Source: Candidatus Thiodiazotropha sp. (GTDB taxonomy: Bacteria > Pseudomonadota > Gammaproteobacteria > Chromatiales > Chromatiaceae). Taken from it: a DNA stretch of 45,081 nucleotides. Shown in pieces: positions 29,489 to 39,327 of the stretch (within the stretch, counting starts at the first letter, position 1; each line of letters opens with the position of its first letter). The position numbers were made by a program, and so were the translations under genes. A model generated the notes under the pieces. That model was not told the DNA's origin, ran no database searches, and worked only from the letters and a program-made list of their open reading frames with translations. The stretch lies in the NCBI GenBank assembly GCA_037382205.1, contig JARRQD010000011.1:2898-47978 (forward strand), given 5' to 3'.

Positions 29489-30847
29489 TCAGTTGATGAC
29501 AATCTCAGTGATCATGCCACCATCCATCTGGGTTGCATTACTCATTTGATGCACTTCGGTGGCATGCAAGAAGTAGGTACCAGGGGCAACATCGGTGGTA
29601 TCGATGATGACGTCCAGCGTCTCACCTCCGCCAAAGTTGTGCGATGCGGCCTCTTTATAGATGTTCTTGCCATCGACACCCCGCATATGTCGTGCACCGG
29701 TTCCCACAACCTTCATCGTCAACCCCATTGCTGTGATGGTCCAGAATCGATCCAGACCGACATTGGAGAGACGCAGCAGCAGGCGCCGTTCACCACTGTT
29801 ACGATCCAGTTCGATGCTGGAACCGATCAGCTGTGTAACCGCACCATCGGTCAAGAGTTCTCCAACATTGCCGGTTACCTTACCGCCAGCCAAGCCATCA
29901 GGGTCCGCTACTGGATCTGTGGCATCAACAGGCGCGGGTAATGCGCCAGGATTGACCGTATCGGGATAACCTCTGCCGTTGAATTGCGGATAGTTGCCAC
30001 TCAGCAGTGCAAATGGCAAGGGTTGTACAAACAGGCTGGCATCATGGAAAACTTGATCAAAACTCGCTAACTGGATCGCTTTTTCCTTATCGAAAGCGGT
30101 AGAGCCATCGCCATCGTTGTAGACGTAACCACCTTCTCCACCGGTTGCACGAGGCGCAATACCACAAGCGGTTAGATTCGGCGTTTTGACAGGATCGTAG
30201 ATATTCGGCGTAGATGGATCGTCTGCACCCAGCGTGTAACAACCCAACTCATCCTGTATCGGATGAACATAGAGATTGGCCAGCATGCCCATCTCCATAT
30301 GCTCGGTGGCTTCCACATGGCAGTGGTAGAGATAGGTGCCAGGCTCGACAATGTTGTAGTAGTAGGTCAGGGTCGATCCCATGTTAATAGCGATGGAAAC
30401 CTCGGGAACCCCATCAAATACCGCCGAGGCATTAGGAAAACCGTGAAAGTGGACGGTATGGGGATCGAACAGGTCAGGTCGAACCACCGTTCCCACATTG
30501 GTCAGATTGAGGTAAAACTGATCACCTTCATCTAACTCGATGGTTGGCCCTGGCCACTCGCCACTAAGGATACCTTCTGCAATAACCTGATCAGGCGGTA
30601 TGCCGGTCTTATCACCAAAGCCGAAACTGTAAAGTGGATTACCATCGGACATCGTCGTAAAGCTGTCGCCAGCGATCAGATGCATACACTTGGTATCGGC
30701 AGGCTCGACTTCCCCTCCGGTCCAAGTTGCGTCCCCATTGTTATCGCCAGGGCACTGGACATTGACAACGGCGTTGGCCTGGCCGGAAACCGCCAAGAGT
30801 GCCAGGCTAATTGCACCTGCGAGGGTGTGCTTATTTAGTAGTTTCAT
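29489..30847 (-). CDS. Multicopper-oxidase subunit A (type-1 Cu site and HxH motifs in domain 1)
   Basis: Start 30847 after RBS GAGGAG (ORF track begins at 30958); signal ending GQANA; HTVHFHG and YHCHVEATEHMEMGM; domain 2 lacks HxH pairs. Confidence 0.9.
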   Translation of the reverse strand: MKLLNKHTLAGAISLALLAVSGQANAVVNVQCPGDNNGDATWTGGEVEPADTKCMHLIAGDSFTTMSDGNPLYSFGFGDKTGIPPDQVIAEGILSGEWPGPTIELDEGDQFYLNLTNVGTVVRPDLFDPHTVHFHGFPNASAVFDGVPEVSIAINMGSTLTYYYNIVEPGTYLYHCHVEATEHMEMGMLANLYVHPIQDELGCYTLGADDPSTPNIYDPVKTPNLTACGIAPRATGGEGGYVYNDGDGSTAFDKEKAIQLASFDQVFHDASLFVQPLPFALLSGNYPQFNGRGYPDTVNPGALPAPVDATDPVADPDGLAGGKVTGNVGELLTDGAVTQLIGSSIELDRNSGERRLLLRLSNVGLDRFWTITAMGLTMKVVGTGARHMRGVDGKNIYKEAASHNFGGGETLDVIIDTTDVAPGTYFLHATEVHQMSNATQMDGGMITEIVIN

Positions 30848-30960
30848 TGGGCGTTTACTCCTCATCATTTTGTAAGCGCCTGACTCACCAGATGTATGTT
30901 TCTGAAAAATGCTGGTAGACCGCTGCTTTTCAGTTACGTTTGTATCGATAATTTTCATGA

Positions 30961-33900
30961 TTACAACCTCTCATCAGCACCGGCGTCGGTTCTGGCGCCT
31001 TGCGGTCTTGCGTCACCATCGATGTCAGTTGCGTAGATACCGTTAGCATTCCCAGCAGCCGAATCAACAGCTGGGTTTGTCCCGGCTGCGAGGTGATAAT
31101 CGATATTGCCATCCGCAGTTGCGGCATTGCCGTCGATATCGAGTAGAGAGAGCGGACCGAAGTTGACCTGCAGGAAGTTACCGCCTTCATCGAATGCACC
31201 TGCCACTTGCAGTACTTTGAACTCAGGGAAGAGCAGTGCATCACGATCCTCATTAAAACGACCGTTAACAAACAGAGGACCAAGCATATTTTGCTCGTCG
31301 TTGTTTGCTGTGCTATAGCCTTGGATATAAGTATTGTTGAAGGCTGAGGCACCGGTCTGTAAGACGTTACGCAGTGGGCGCAGCAGCATGTCACCAAACT
31401 GTGGATGAACCGGATTGATGGTGTGTCCGTTTAGCACCGCCAGATCCTGGGTGTAGTCTTCCACGTTTACGTTCGCAATATCGCAGTTGCTATTGCTGGT
31501 GTTATCACAAGTGGCAGGCACCAGACCACTCTCAATCAAGATGGTGTCTGCATCATCTGTATTCCGCCAGTAGAAGGAACGGTTGTGGTAGATGATATTG
31601 TCAAACAATTGGATCGGATCAGAGAATGTTATCCGCTCATCACTACGATTGTTAACATTGTCCTCATCTAACCGCGAGCCAGGGAACTCTTCTACATAGC
31701 GTTCTGTAAGAGCTCTCATGGTTGCACTGTGATAACGTGCAACAACACCGGCTGGTTTTGCGATCGATTGATTGGGATCTACGCCAAACGCCTGCGAACC
31801 GGTTGCCGTTGAATCGTTGTTTGCGATGGTGTTGTAACGAATGTAGGTCTTGACACTATCCGCCAGCGAGATTGCACCGGCAAGTCCTGAGACATTGTTC
31901 GTCAGGATATTGTTGGAGACGATCACTCGATACCAACGTCCGAAGCGCTCTGGATCCTGGGCGATATCCTCACCATTGACACTCAGCATTGCGATACCGC
32001 CACCATCACCGGCACCAGCCAGATTACCCCGGATCTGATTGCCGTCGATGTTGACGTTCCCAGCACCTGGAGAGAGGGTTAGACCCGTCTCTTGATCGAC
32101 ACGCAACCCAGCCAGGCCGCCGACAAAAATACCGGCACCGGCAGGTTTACTGCCAGGAGTCTGACTGAAGCTCTCATTAAAGATAATGGTGTTATCGAGG
32201 ATACGACCACCACGGGAGAGCCCCAAATGCCCGATACCCCCACCATCGCCTGTTGAGAAGTTACCGCAAATCAGATTGCTGCGAACACGATAGTTATTAG
32301 CGCCTGTGTGTATGGAGATACCACCGCCGGCACCATTCAGTCCACCATTCTTAAGGATCTCATTGTGATGGATGTTCATATTGTCGGCAAAGGCATCATC
32401 GTAGGCCACGAAGCCATTTTCAGCCTGATCTCTCAACCAGCGGTTATAACTACGCCTGAAGAAATCATCATCCTCCCCAGTAACTTCATGAGACAGAGTG
32501 GTGTGACCGATTCGGATGCCACCCCCATAGAAACCGGAGTTTGATGTGATGCGGTTATTCGATATGTTCAGCCACTGGATATAGCCATTGGCCACGATAC
32601 CTCCACCTGTACTTGCACCAATAATGGTGAACCCATCGATACGCGCAAAGCGGTTTCTGTTATTACGACGGAATCGGTTCTGACCGGACCACTTACCAGC
32701 CACCAAGATGCCGGCACCCTCCTCTGTCGGGAAGATCGGTGCGCCAAGCGCTCCTTCTACCCCGCCTAAGAAAGGTACGGCAACTAATTGACCAGGCAGC
32801 TGATCAATCAAACCTTCACCGACCAGTCTGGAAGCCAGTTGACGCCAGGCAATAACCTTTTCTGTCGGAGTTTGTCTGGCATTGATGGTCACCGCACCGG
32901 CGCCAAAGCCTTGCAACTTGACCGGCTTCCACATGATCACCATCTCATTGTAGATACCGGGCTTAACGATGATCAGATCACCGGCGCGAACACCCGTTAG
33001 ATTGTTCTCCAGGCTGCCTATGGCATCCTGAATTGTCGGGTACTGAGTACTAGGAACATTGACGACATTGTATTGGTTGTTAGGATTATTCTGATTTGCG
33101 TCACCACGAACACCAACGCCTTCAGCGATACCCACTGTCAGGGTGACACCCATCGGTGAGACACTGCCATTGCCGTGTTCAACCAGCAGTTGATAGTCGC
33201 CTGCCGCCAAGCCGGCGGTTGAAGCGACAATGGTGTTGTCACTCCAAGTCGTAACACCCAAGGCAAGACGCGCTCCGTTAACACCGAGTTCGTTGCCGTC
33301 GCGATCTTGTACAAAGACAGTGCCAACCGTAGTACCAAATCCATAATCACGATCGATCATCTGCTCGGCAAGTGGATCGCCTTCAGCCCATTCCGGGTTG
33401 CGTACAGCAGTAAGACCTTTGGCATTGATGATGATGTTCTCACCCGTGTCAACGATAACAAAAGGACCTTCAACACCACCAACAGGCACCGTCTCACGCA
33501 GCACAGAAGAGATCGCAGGCGTCTGTGTCGGTGCTTCACAATCGAGTGCAAATTGATCTGGCCCGGCAAATGCCGCAACGGGTACCACCGGGGTGTCCAG
33601 ATAGGTGACGGTTCCGGGCATATATTGGAAGGTGTAACAGAACTGACTGTACTGAGAATCAAAGTTTGGATCGATAATGAACTCAGGGTTGCCTGCAGCA
33701 TCAACACCATCACCCACCGTGCCACTGAACTCTGGGTTCGCTATCGGGCCCGCATCATTCATACAGGAGACCAGCATGTTAGGCGACATACCCGAAGGCA
33801 TCGGCAAGTTCGCTGTGGTGGTGGAAGCCACCATCAGGTTGTAGCGACCATACTCGTCCGCATAGACCCGATTAATCTCATTACCGTTCCAATCATAGAA

Positions 33901-36900
33901 GGCGACCGGCACATTGGTCGGAGCGAACTTCTCACCGAATTGGGGTGAGTTCGGATTGAACTCATTGGCCAGATCGTTGAGGATCATCCCGGAGATGTTG
34001 CCCGCTTTAGGCACATCGGTCATCAGGAAGAACTCAGCCGCCGCATTCTGACCGGCGGAGAGTGGCACATGCTTGAGATCACAGAGTGGTCTTAATTCGC
34101 CAGCAAAAGGCGCTGTGCCATCTTCCATACCGGGAATAACCTGGTCAGCTGCACCACTGCCATCCCTGGTCGCTATTGCCAGATAGGGAGGTACTGCAAC
34201 CCTCTCGCCGACGCAGCTGGCAGGAAACGCCTGTAGTGAGGGGATGTAGTCATCGCCATAGTCGACATTCTTATGGTGCTCCCGGACCAGTTTGTATCCG
34301 GCTGGTGTCGCCGATTCAACAATATAGTCACCGGGGAGTAACCAGGCCTCAGGAAGATTCAATTCCGGGAAACCTGTAAACAAATCATTATAGAAATCTG
34401 CCAACTTAGTAGCCACAGTCGCCGCATTGTAGCCAGTGGCCGCCTGAATCGATGCCAAGTGAGCCAGATCGTAGTCTTCAAAAGCGAAGCCACCATCAAA
34501 CACCGCCGGACGAATCTGATTAAAACTTCTCAAACCATCAAAACAACGCTGGTCATCAATTGCCGGACTAACCACGGAGCCGGGTGGATTGTTGGTTCCC
34601 TGACAACCAGTAGGTAGACTGTCATCCCAGCTGTCGGTGTGTGTAACCTGCAGCGCATCGCCTAGATCAAATTGACCATTTCCATTGTAATCCACATCCT
34701 CAGGGCCAGGAAAGTTACCCAACGGATGATTATCGACGTCAGCGCGCTGAATGCCGGGCTCACCGTTGATATCCTCGATCTCGCCATCATCAGGGTCCTG
34801 CTGACCATTACCGTTCCAGTCCAGGTCGCAAGGATCACTTGGGAAATTCGTTAAAGGAGGACAGTTGATATCACCATCCGCATAGAGGGCCAACTGGACC
34901 CGTGGCACACCGGGCTCCCACTCCTCCGCTACTGCGAATTGCGGATCTTCTTCAGCTCGAGTGGTGGCATAATAGACAATACCGGAGATACCTCCGTTCT
35001 CACCTACGTATTGAGAGACTCTTGGAGGAAAGGATGTGAAATCGAAAGGTGTATCGATGGTATAATCGACTTTACCAAACTGCATCACACTGGTCTGCCC
35101 AAGAAAACCTTGAACACCCTGAGTTAAAACCGCCCCCGTTTCTGTACGCGAAAGGTTATTGTTGGTATTCGGATTGATCATCTGGCGAGCATTCTCAACA
35201 ACCCAGTTGACGCCATCATCAGAACCCAGGCAGTCACCGATTACGCCACGGTTATCCGTCGCGGAGATTACGATATCGCTGTAACCGGTACCGCGGGCCT
35301 CACATTGACCCTGTGGATTGAGTTCATCAAATGTGGGATCGTCCCAGCCTCCATCTGCTCGTACTTCACCGCCGGCATCCACTACAAAAGTGGCGCCTGT
35401 GGCCTTCTTATTGGCAAAGCTGACTTCTGCCACCAACCAGTGAAAGAAGGGAAAGAATTCATCGAATGGCGCCAGGCCTTCCCCATCTGTCGGAAAGTTC
35501 TGATAGATGGTGCCATCACGCCAGCGCAGACTGACATCCTGACTCTCAGGACCAATGCCGTTCTCATCATCTGCGGTATCGGCAATACCATCTTCACCGA
35601 GCGGTTCCCAAAAACCGTTTTGGTTTTTATCGTTAAAGATGCCAGTGTTGAGACGTGAAAACCAGTTGAAAACAGGCACCTCACCAAAACTACAGGAAGC
35701 CACTGCGCCACCATTACAGGATCCGCCAACGGGATCCACAGTAAACATCATCGAGCCAAACACCACATCCAGATTGGAATCCCAAATCGCCAATTGATAT
35801 TGGCCTGGTGGAACAAGATCAATAGAGAAGTCACTATCGGGACCACATGCATCTGCATACACGGCTCGTCCCAGGGCGCCACCTTCACCAACTTGGTTAA
35901 TGGCTACCCAACAAGCGGGGAAAGGACGGCCGCTGAAAAAAGTGGTCGCCGGACTACGCGACATATGCATGTCATTAACCATGCCACTGACAGTTGCCAC
36001 CTGCTCTCCCTGCTGGGCAGCCGGCATATCGTTAAAGGGCTGTACAAAACCCACGAAAACGTGAGGTCCGGGAATGCCAAATTCTACAAATACAGCTGGT
36101 TCGTTTGCCTTTACCCAGGCATCGATGACTTTAGTACCCTCAATGGTGCTAGTCTGCTGCCAAGCTTGATTTGGCGGTGGGATAATAACAATACCATACT
36201 TGGCAGGGGCAAGATTTTTAACGGACAGAAACCCGTCAGCGTCTGGATGGAGCGTACCATCACCCAGCTCAGTAACAATAGGATTACCCTCTGCATCGAG
36301 GCATGTAGCAATAATCTGGCCGCCAGGATCTGGTGCATCACCAGTGGTACCAGTAGGAGTACTTGTTGCACAGGTCTGATCGTAATTGGTGCCAAGTGGA
36401 TTGCCGAAGGCATCCTGAATCACCTGTCCACCGGCTATGCCATAACGCCCCGCCGGCTCTTCGAGAAACAAACTAAATTCTGTCCAGTCAACACTGCCAT
36501 CATTCTGCTCTTCAGGAAGATCAGGAACGCCATTAATAGGATGCTTATCTTCAAATAGATAAATTGAGATTTGAGCGGTAGGAATCGGTTGCTGCTGCAC
36601 TGTCACAGTGACCTGTCCGGCTGTTGTGGTTCGAAGGTCAACTGGAGCACCGCTAATGCTATACCCACTGTAAGGATAAACAGATAGATAATAACGGCCG
36701 GCACCGATGAGATCTGCAACATCAGCTTGATCCGTATCACTATTCCCAGTCAATGAGCTGCCATCAGTTGCCACACCCACATCGTGGTTACTGGGATGAA
36801 AGCCGAGTGAGAGTAACTCATCAGCCGTTGTTCCAGGGTTTGCAGGATCAACAGGGAAGGTATTATCCCGCTCAAGCATCCAGCGGAAACCATTGACTGG

Positions 36901-37029
36901 GCTACCTGACTGATCAACCACATTGATTGTCAATGAGGCTGCGTTCAGTGTGGTAACCAAAAATAAGAGACACAGAAAAACAAATATCTGTAGTCCTCTG
37001 TTCATGTAACCCTGATCTTCATTTATCAT
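30961..37029 (-). CDS. Giant (~2,020 aa) exported acidic protein: SdrD-B/prealbumin-like domains, DxDxDG Ca loops, IPT-like domain, right-handed beta-helix, choice-of-anchor-Q-like C-terminus
   Basis: RBS GGAG before ATG 37029; signal peptide; DKNQNG, DWNGNG, DYNGNG; 'VPSTQYPTIQDAI...IVKPGIYNE' beta-helix cap, GGGI repeats, 'DYHL...AVDSA...DIDGDARPQG..DAGADE'. Confidence 0.75.
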   Translation of the reverse strand: MINEDQGYMNRGLQIFVFLCLLFLVTTLNAASLTINVVDQSGSPVNGFRWMLERDNTFPVDPANPGTTADELLSLGFHPSNHDVGVATDGSSLTGNSDTDQADVADLIGAGRYYLSVYPYSGYSISGAPVDLRTTTAGQVTVTVQQQPIPTAQISIYLFEDKHPINGVPDLPEEQNDGSVDWTEFSLFLEEPAGRYGIAGGQVIQDAFGNPLGTNYDQTCATSTPTGTTGDAPDPGGQIIATCLDAEGNPIVTELGDGTLHPDADGFLSVKNLAPAKYGIVIIPPPNQAWQQTSTIEGTKVIDAWVKANEPAVFVEFGIPGPHVFVGFVQPFNDMPAAQQGEQVATVSGMVNDMHMSRSPATTFFSGRPFPACWVAINQVGEGGALGRAVYADACGPDSDFSIDLVPPGQYQLAIWDSNLDVVFGSMMFTVDPVGGSCNGGAVASCSFGEVPVFNWFSRLNTGIFNDKNQNGFWEPLGEDGIADTADDENGIGPESQDVSLRWRDGTIYQNFPTDGEGLAPFDEFFPFFHWLVAEVSFANKKATGATFVVDAGGEVRADGGWDDPTFDELNPQGQCEARGTGYSDIVISATDNRGVIGDCLGSDDGVNWVVENARQMINPNTNNNLSRTETGAVLTQGVQGFLGQTSVMQFGKVDYTIDTPFDFTSFPPRVSQYVGENGGISGIVYYATTRAEEDPQFAVAEEWEPGVPRVQLALYADGDINCPPLTNFPSDPCDLDWNGNGQQDPDDGEIEDINGEPGIQRADVDNHPLGNFPGPEDVDYNGNGQFDLGDALQVTHTDSWDDSLPTGCQGTNNPPGSVVSPAIDDQRCFDGLRSFNQIRPAVFDGGFAFEDYDLAHLASIQAATGYNAATVATKLADFYNDLFTGFPELNLPEAWLLPGDYIVESATPAGYKLVREHHKNVDYGDDYIPSLQAFPASCVGERVAVPPYLAIATRDGSGAADQVIPGMEDGTAPFAGELRPLCDLKHVPLSAGQNAAAEFFLMTDVPKAGNISGMILNDLANEFNPNSPQFGEKFAPTNVPVAFYDWNGNEINRVYADEYGRYNLMVASTTTANLPMPSGMSPNMLVSCMNDAGPIANPEFSGTVGDGVDAAGNPEFIIDPNFDSQYSQFCYTFQYMPGTVTYLDTPVVPVAAFAGPDQFALDCEAPTQTPAISSVLRETVPVGGVEGPFVIVDTGENIIINAKGLTAVRNPEWAEGDPLAEQMIDRDYGFGTTVGTVFVQDRDGNELGVNGARLALGVTTWSDNTIVASTAGLAAGDYQLLVEHGNGSVSPMGVTLTVGIAEGVGVRGDANQNNPNNQYNVVNVPSTQYPTIQDAIGSLENNLTGVRAGDLIIVKPGIYNEMVIMWKPVKLQGFGAGAVTINARQTPTEKVIAWRQLASRLVGEGLIDQLPGQLVAVPFLGGVEGALGAPIFPTEEGAGILVAGKWSGQNRFRRNNRNRFARIDGFTIIGASTGGGIVANGYIQWLNISNNRITSNSGFYGGGIRIGHTTLSHEVTGEDDDFFRRSYNRWLRDQAENGFVAYDDAFADNMNIHHNEILKNGGLNGAGGGISIHTGANNYRVRSNLICGNFSTGDGGGIGHLGLSRGGRILDNTIIFNESFSQTPGSKPAGAGIFVGGLAGLRVDQETGLTLSPGAGNVNIDGNQIRGNLAGAGDGGGIAMLSVNGEDIAQDPERFGRWYRVIVSNNILTNNVSGLAGAISLADSVKTYIRYNTIANNDSTATGSQAFGVDPNQSIAKPAGVVARYHSATMRALTERYVEEFPGSRLDEDNVNNRSDERITFSDPIQLFDNIIYHNRSFYWRNTDDADTILIESGLVPATCDNTSNSNCDIANVNVEDYTQDLAVLNGHTINPVHPQFGDMLLRPLRNVLQTGASAFNNTYIQGYSTANNDEQNMLGPLFVNGRFNEDRDALLFPEFKVLQVAGAFDEGGNFLQVNFGPLSLLDIDGNAATADGNIDYHLAAGTNPAVDSAAGNANGIYATDIDGDARPQGARTDAGADERL

Positions 37030-37188
37030 GGATTTTTCTCCAGACCCCTTACGGTCATTCAACTTTCCCGGGGCTCATCTGACCAAGTCATATGATCCTT
37101 CAGCCCCATTACCAGTACTTAGGCCAAAGTCTATCTGTCTATATAAGGGTTGGCTTTGCGTGAAACTACGCTATTTCTCTATGCAAGC

Positions 37189-37283
37189 CCCTACTGGAAA
37201 AGGAGATAACCCAGTATTTTAATGTCAGGAATAACCCTACCCTGAAAGGTAGGGTTGTCAGATAGGATGTAGAGTCTTCCTAT
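37189..37283. promoter_or_regulatory. Operator array between the oxidase operon and the response regulator
   Basis: Perfect IR AACCCTACC-N6-GGTAGGGTT (37233-37256), IR ATAGGA-N10-TCCTAT (37262-37283), extra CCCTAC at 37189-37194. Confidence 0.5.
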
Positions 37284-37592
37284 GAAAACTTAAAATCATA
37301 AAAAGCAAAGAAAAATGCACTAAAAGTTGACTTTTGAACGGTAGTAATGATGCAACTGGATCAAGCACACTGAATCAGTAGATTATTAAGCTGGCGATAG
37401 TGATGATTTTATGGTTTATTCAATGAACATTTTGTGTCATGGTGAATAGCAGTAAATAGCACCATAAAGTAGATAGACAGAGTTAATATTTGCATCACAT
37501 GCAATCACACCTAAACTTGTCTGAATAATTGTTGGAACAAGATGCGTAAAGGATTCAAACCTAAAATGAGTTGAAGGTAGATTCAGCAAGCA

Positions 37593-38255
37593 ATGAACAG
37601 CGACAAGAAAAGAATCATCATCGCAGAAGATCATAATATTCTGCGTGCCGGTTTAAAGGCTCTCTTGATATCCAATCTCCAGTTCGAAGTGGTTGGTGAA
37701 GCAGATAATGGCCGTGATGCAATACGTCGCGTCATTGAGCTGAAACCTGACCTGGTGATTATGGATCTGAACATGCCCGGCATGAATGGCATGGATGCGA
37801 TACGGGAGATAAAAGAGCGGGATGCTGAGATCAAAACCCTGGTGCTGACGGTGCACAACGAGGAGGAGTATGTATTGGCAAGCCTTAAAGCAGGCGCCAA
37901 CGGTTATGTGCTCAAAGATGCCACCCAGAATGAGTTAATGACAGCGGCTGAGCGTGTATTGAGTGGTAAGACCTACTTGAGCGCGGAGATAACGGAAAAA
38001 GTTGTCAACAGCTATCTGCAAACCAACAATGTCAACAATGAACCCCTCACCCGCTGGGACACAGTTACTCAGAGAGAACGTCAAATTTTAAAGTTGATTG
38101 CTGAAGGACACACCAACAAAAGTATGGCTGACTATCTATGTATCAGTGTAAAAACCGTTGAGAAACACCGCGCCAATCTGATGAAAAAACTTGATCTGCA
38201 CAACGTTTCAGCACTGACCACTTATGCGCTGGAGAAGGGTTTAATCAATCGCTGA
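37593..38255 (+). CDS. NarL/FixJ-family response regulator (REC + LuxR HTH)
   Basis: 'IAEDH', 'DLVIMDLNMP', 'GYVLK', 'TQRERQILKLIAEG', 'SVKTVEKHRANLMKKL'. Confidence 0.95.
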   Translation: MNSDKKRIIIAEDHNILRAGLKALLISNLQFEVVGEADNGRDAIRRVIELKPDLVIMDLNMPGMNGMDAIREIKERDAEIKTLVLTVHNEEEYVLASLKAGANGYVLKDATQNELMTAAERVLSGKTYLSAEITEKVVNSYLQTNNVNNEPLTRWDTVTQRERQILKLIAEGHTNKSMADYLCISVKTVEKHRANLMKKLDLHNVSALTTYALEKGLINR

Positions 38256-38264
38256 TCTAGGAAT

Positions 38265-39107
38265 TTACAAAGGAAAGGATGCGCGGATCTGTACACCCTG
38301 ATCCACACCGGAATCGATCCTGATTCTGCCATCAACCGACTCGGCTCGCTCACGCATGCCAACCAGCCCCATACCCAACTTACCCTGAATATCAGAGGGA
38401 TCAAAACCAACCCCGTCATCGACAACCAGCAGGTGGATTGCATTATGAGCCTGTAGCAATGAAACACGGATGGCTGTCGCTTTTGAATATTTAATCGCAT
38501 TATTCAGTGATTCCTGAACGATACGATAGATAACACTCTTATAATCTTCAGGGATAGAGTCTTCATCCACATCGAAATCGGTAACCACCTGGGTATCGGA
38601 ACAGACTTTGCTAATCTGGCGACACTGCCAGGAGATGGCAGGCACCACACCTAAATCATCGAGAATGGCAGGACGAATTGCACTGCAGATCGATCTCACT
38701 TCGGACATCGCCTGTTTGATCATCGATGAGACGACTTCCAGGGACTCTTGTTGTTGATTTTGCTGCTCAGGTTGCTTGTCACCAGAAACATCAAGACAAC
38801 GTTGTACATGTAAATTCATGCTGGTGAGCAGTTGACCAAGACCATCATGGAGTTCACGGGAAATACGCTTTCTTTCAAGCTCCTCTGAGGAGACGTGGAG
38901 ATGCGCACCCTTTTGGATCTGGCTGATACAGGAGAGACCATCCTTGATATGTTGATTGGTCAGCCTGAGGTTTTCATTGATCGAAACTCCGGATTCTATC
39001 CCGCTCTCCTCTTTAGGAAATTGAGATGATGCGAGCTTCAGAGTGGAGCTCCCCATAAAAGCGTTGCTTCCCAGTTGATCCTTTGCCAATACCATATAAA
39101 AACCCAT
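38265..39107 (-). CDS. Cytoplasmic HisKA_3 histidine kinase lacking a recognisable sensor domain
   Basis: ERKRISRELHDGLGQ, QESLNNAIKYS, DDGVGF, GMGLVGMRER; no TM, short N-terminus. Confidence 0.9.
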   Translation of the reverse strand: MGFYMVLAKDQLGSNAFMGSSTLKLASSQFPKEESGIESGVSINENLRLTNQHIKDGLSCISQIQKGAHLHVSSEELERKRISRELHDGLGQLLTSMNLHVQRCLDVSGDKQPEQQNQQQESLEVVSSMIKQAMSEVRSICSAIRPAILDDLGVVPAISWQCRQISKVCSDTQVVTDFDVDEDSIPEDYKSVIYRIVQESLNNAIKYSKATAIRVSLLQAHNAIHLLVVDDGVGFDPSDIQGKLGMGLVGMRERAESVDGRIRIDSGVDQGVQIRASFPL

Positions 39108-39237
39108 TATTATTGTGCCTTCTGATCACATCTTCGGAGCTATTCAAATAGTGTTTAGATCTCGATGAATTAAACAAATTTGAATTATGATGAACACGTC
39201 ACAATTGTCTTGCTAAGCCAACACTGAGACTTGTCTT

Positions 39238-39253
39238 TGCAGGGTTTGTGCCA
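39238..39253 (-). promoter_or_regulatory. Putative sigma54 (-24/-12) promoter for the soluble kinase
   Basis: Minus strand TGGCACAAACCCTGCA = GG-N10-GC, about 130 nt upstream of the ATG at 39107. Confidence 0.65.
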
Positions 39254-39327
39254 TATTTATAATATTCTTTATTAAACATATAGTTAGAAAATATTTCCTA
39301 TAAATATCACTGTATAATAATTTTTTT

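Noticed and set aside
28025-30847. Copper nitrite reductase (NirK) call for the two-domain cupredoxin proteins
   Set aside because: HCH and HxH pairs indicate a trinuclear oxidase site rather than the NirK mononuclear type-2 arrangement; no denitrification genes adjacent.
37095-37175. Possible c-di-GMP-I riboswitch in the oxidase operon leader (minus strand ACGCAAAGCC...GGCCTAAG)
   Set aside because: The upstream GGCAAA/GAAA-tetraloop stem is absent and the spacing does not fit; an Rfam scan would settle it.
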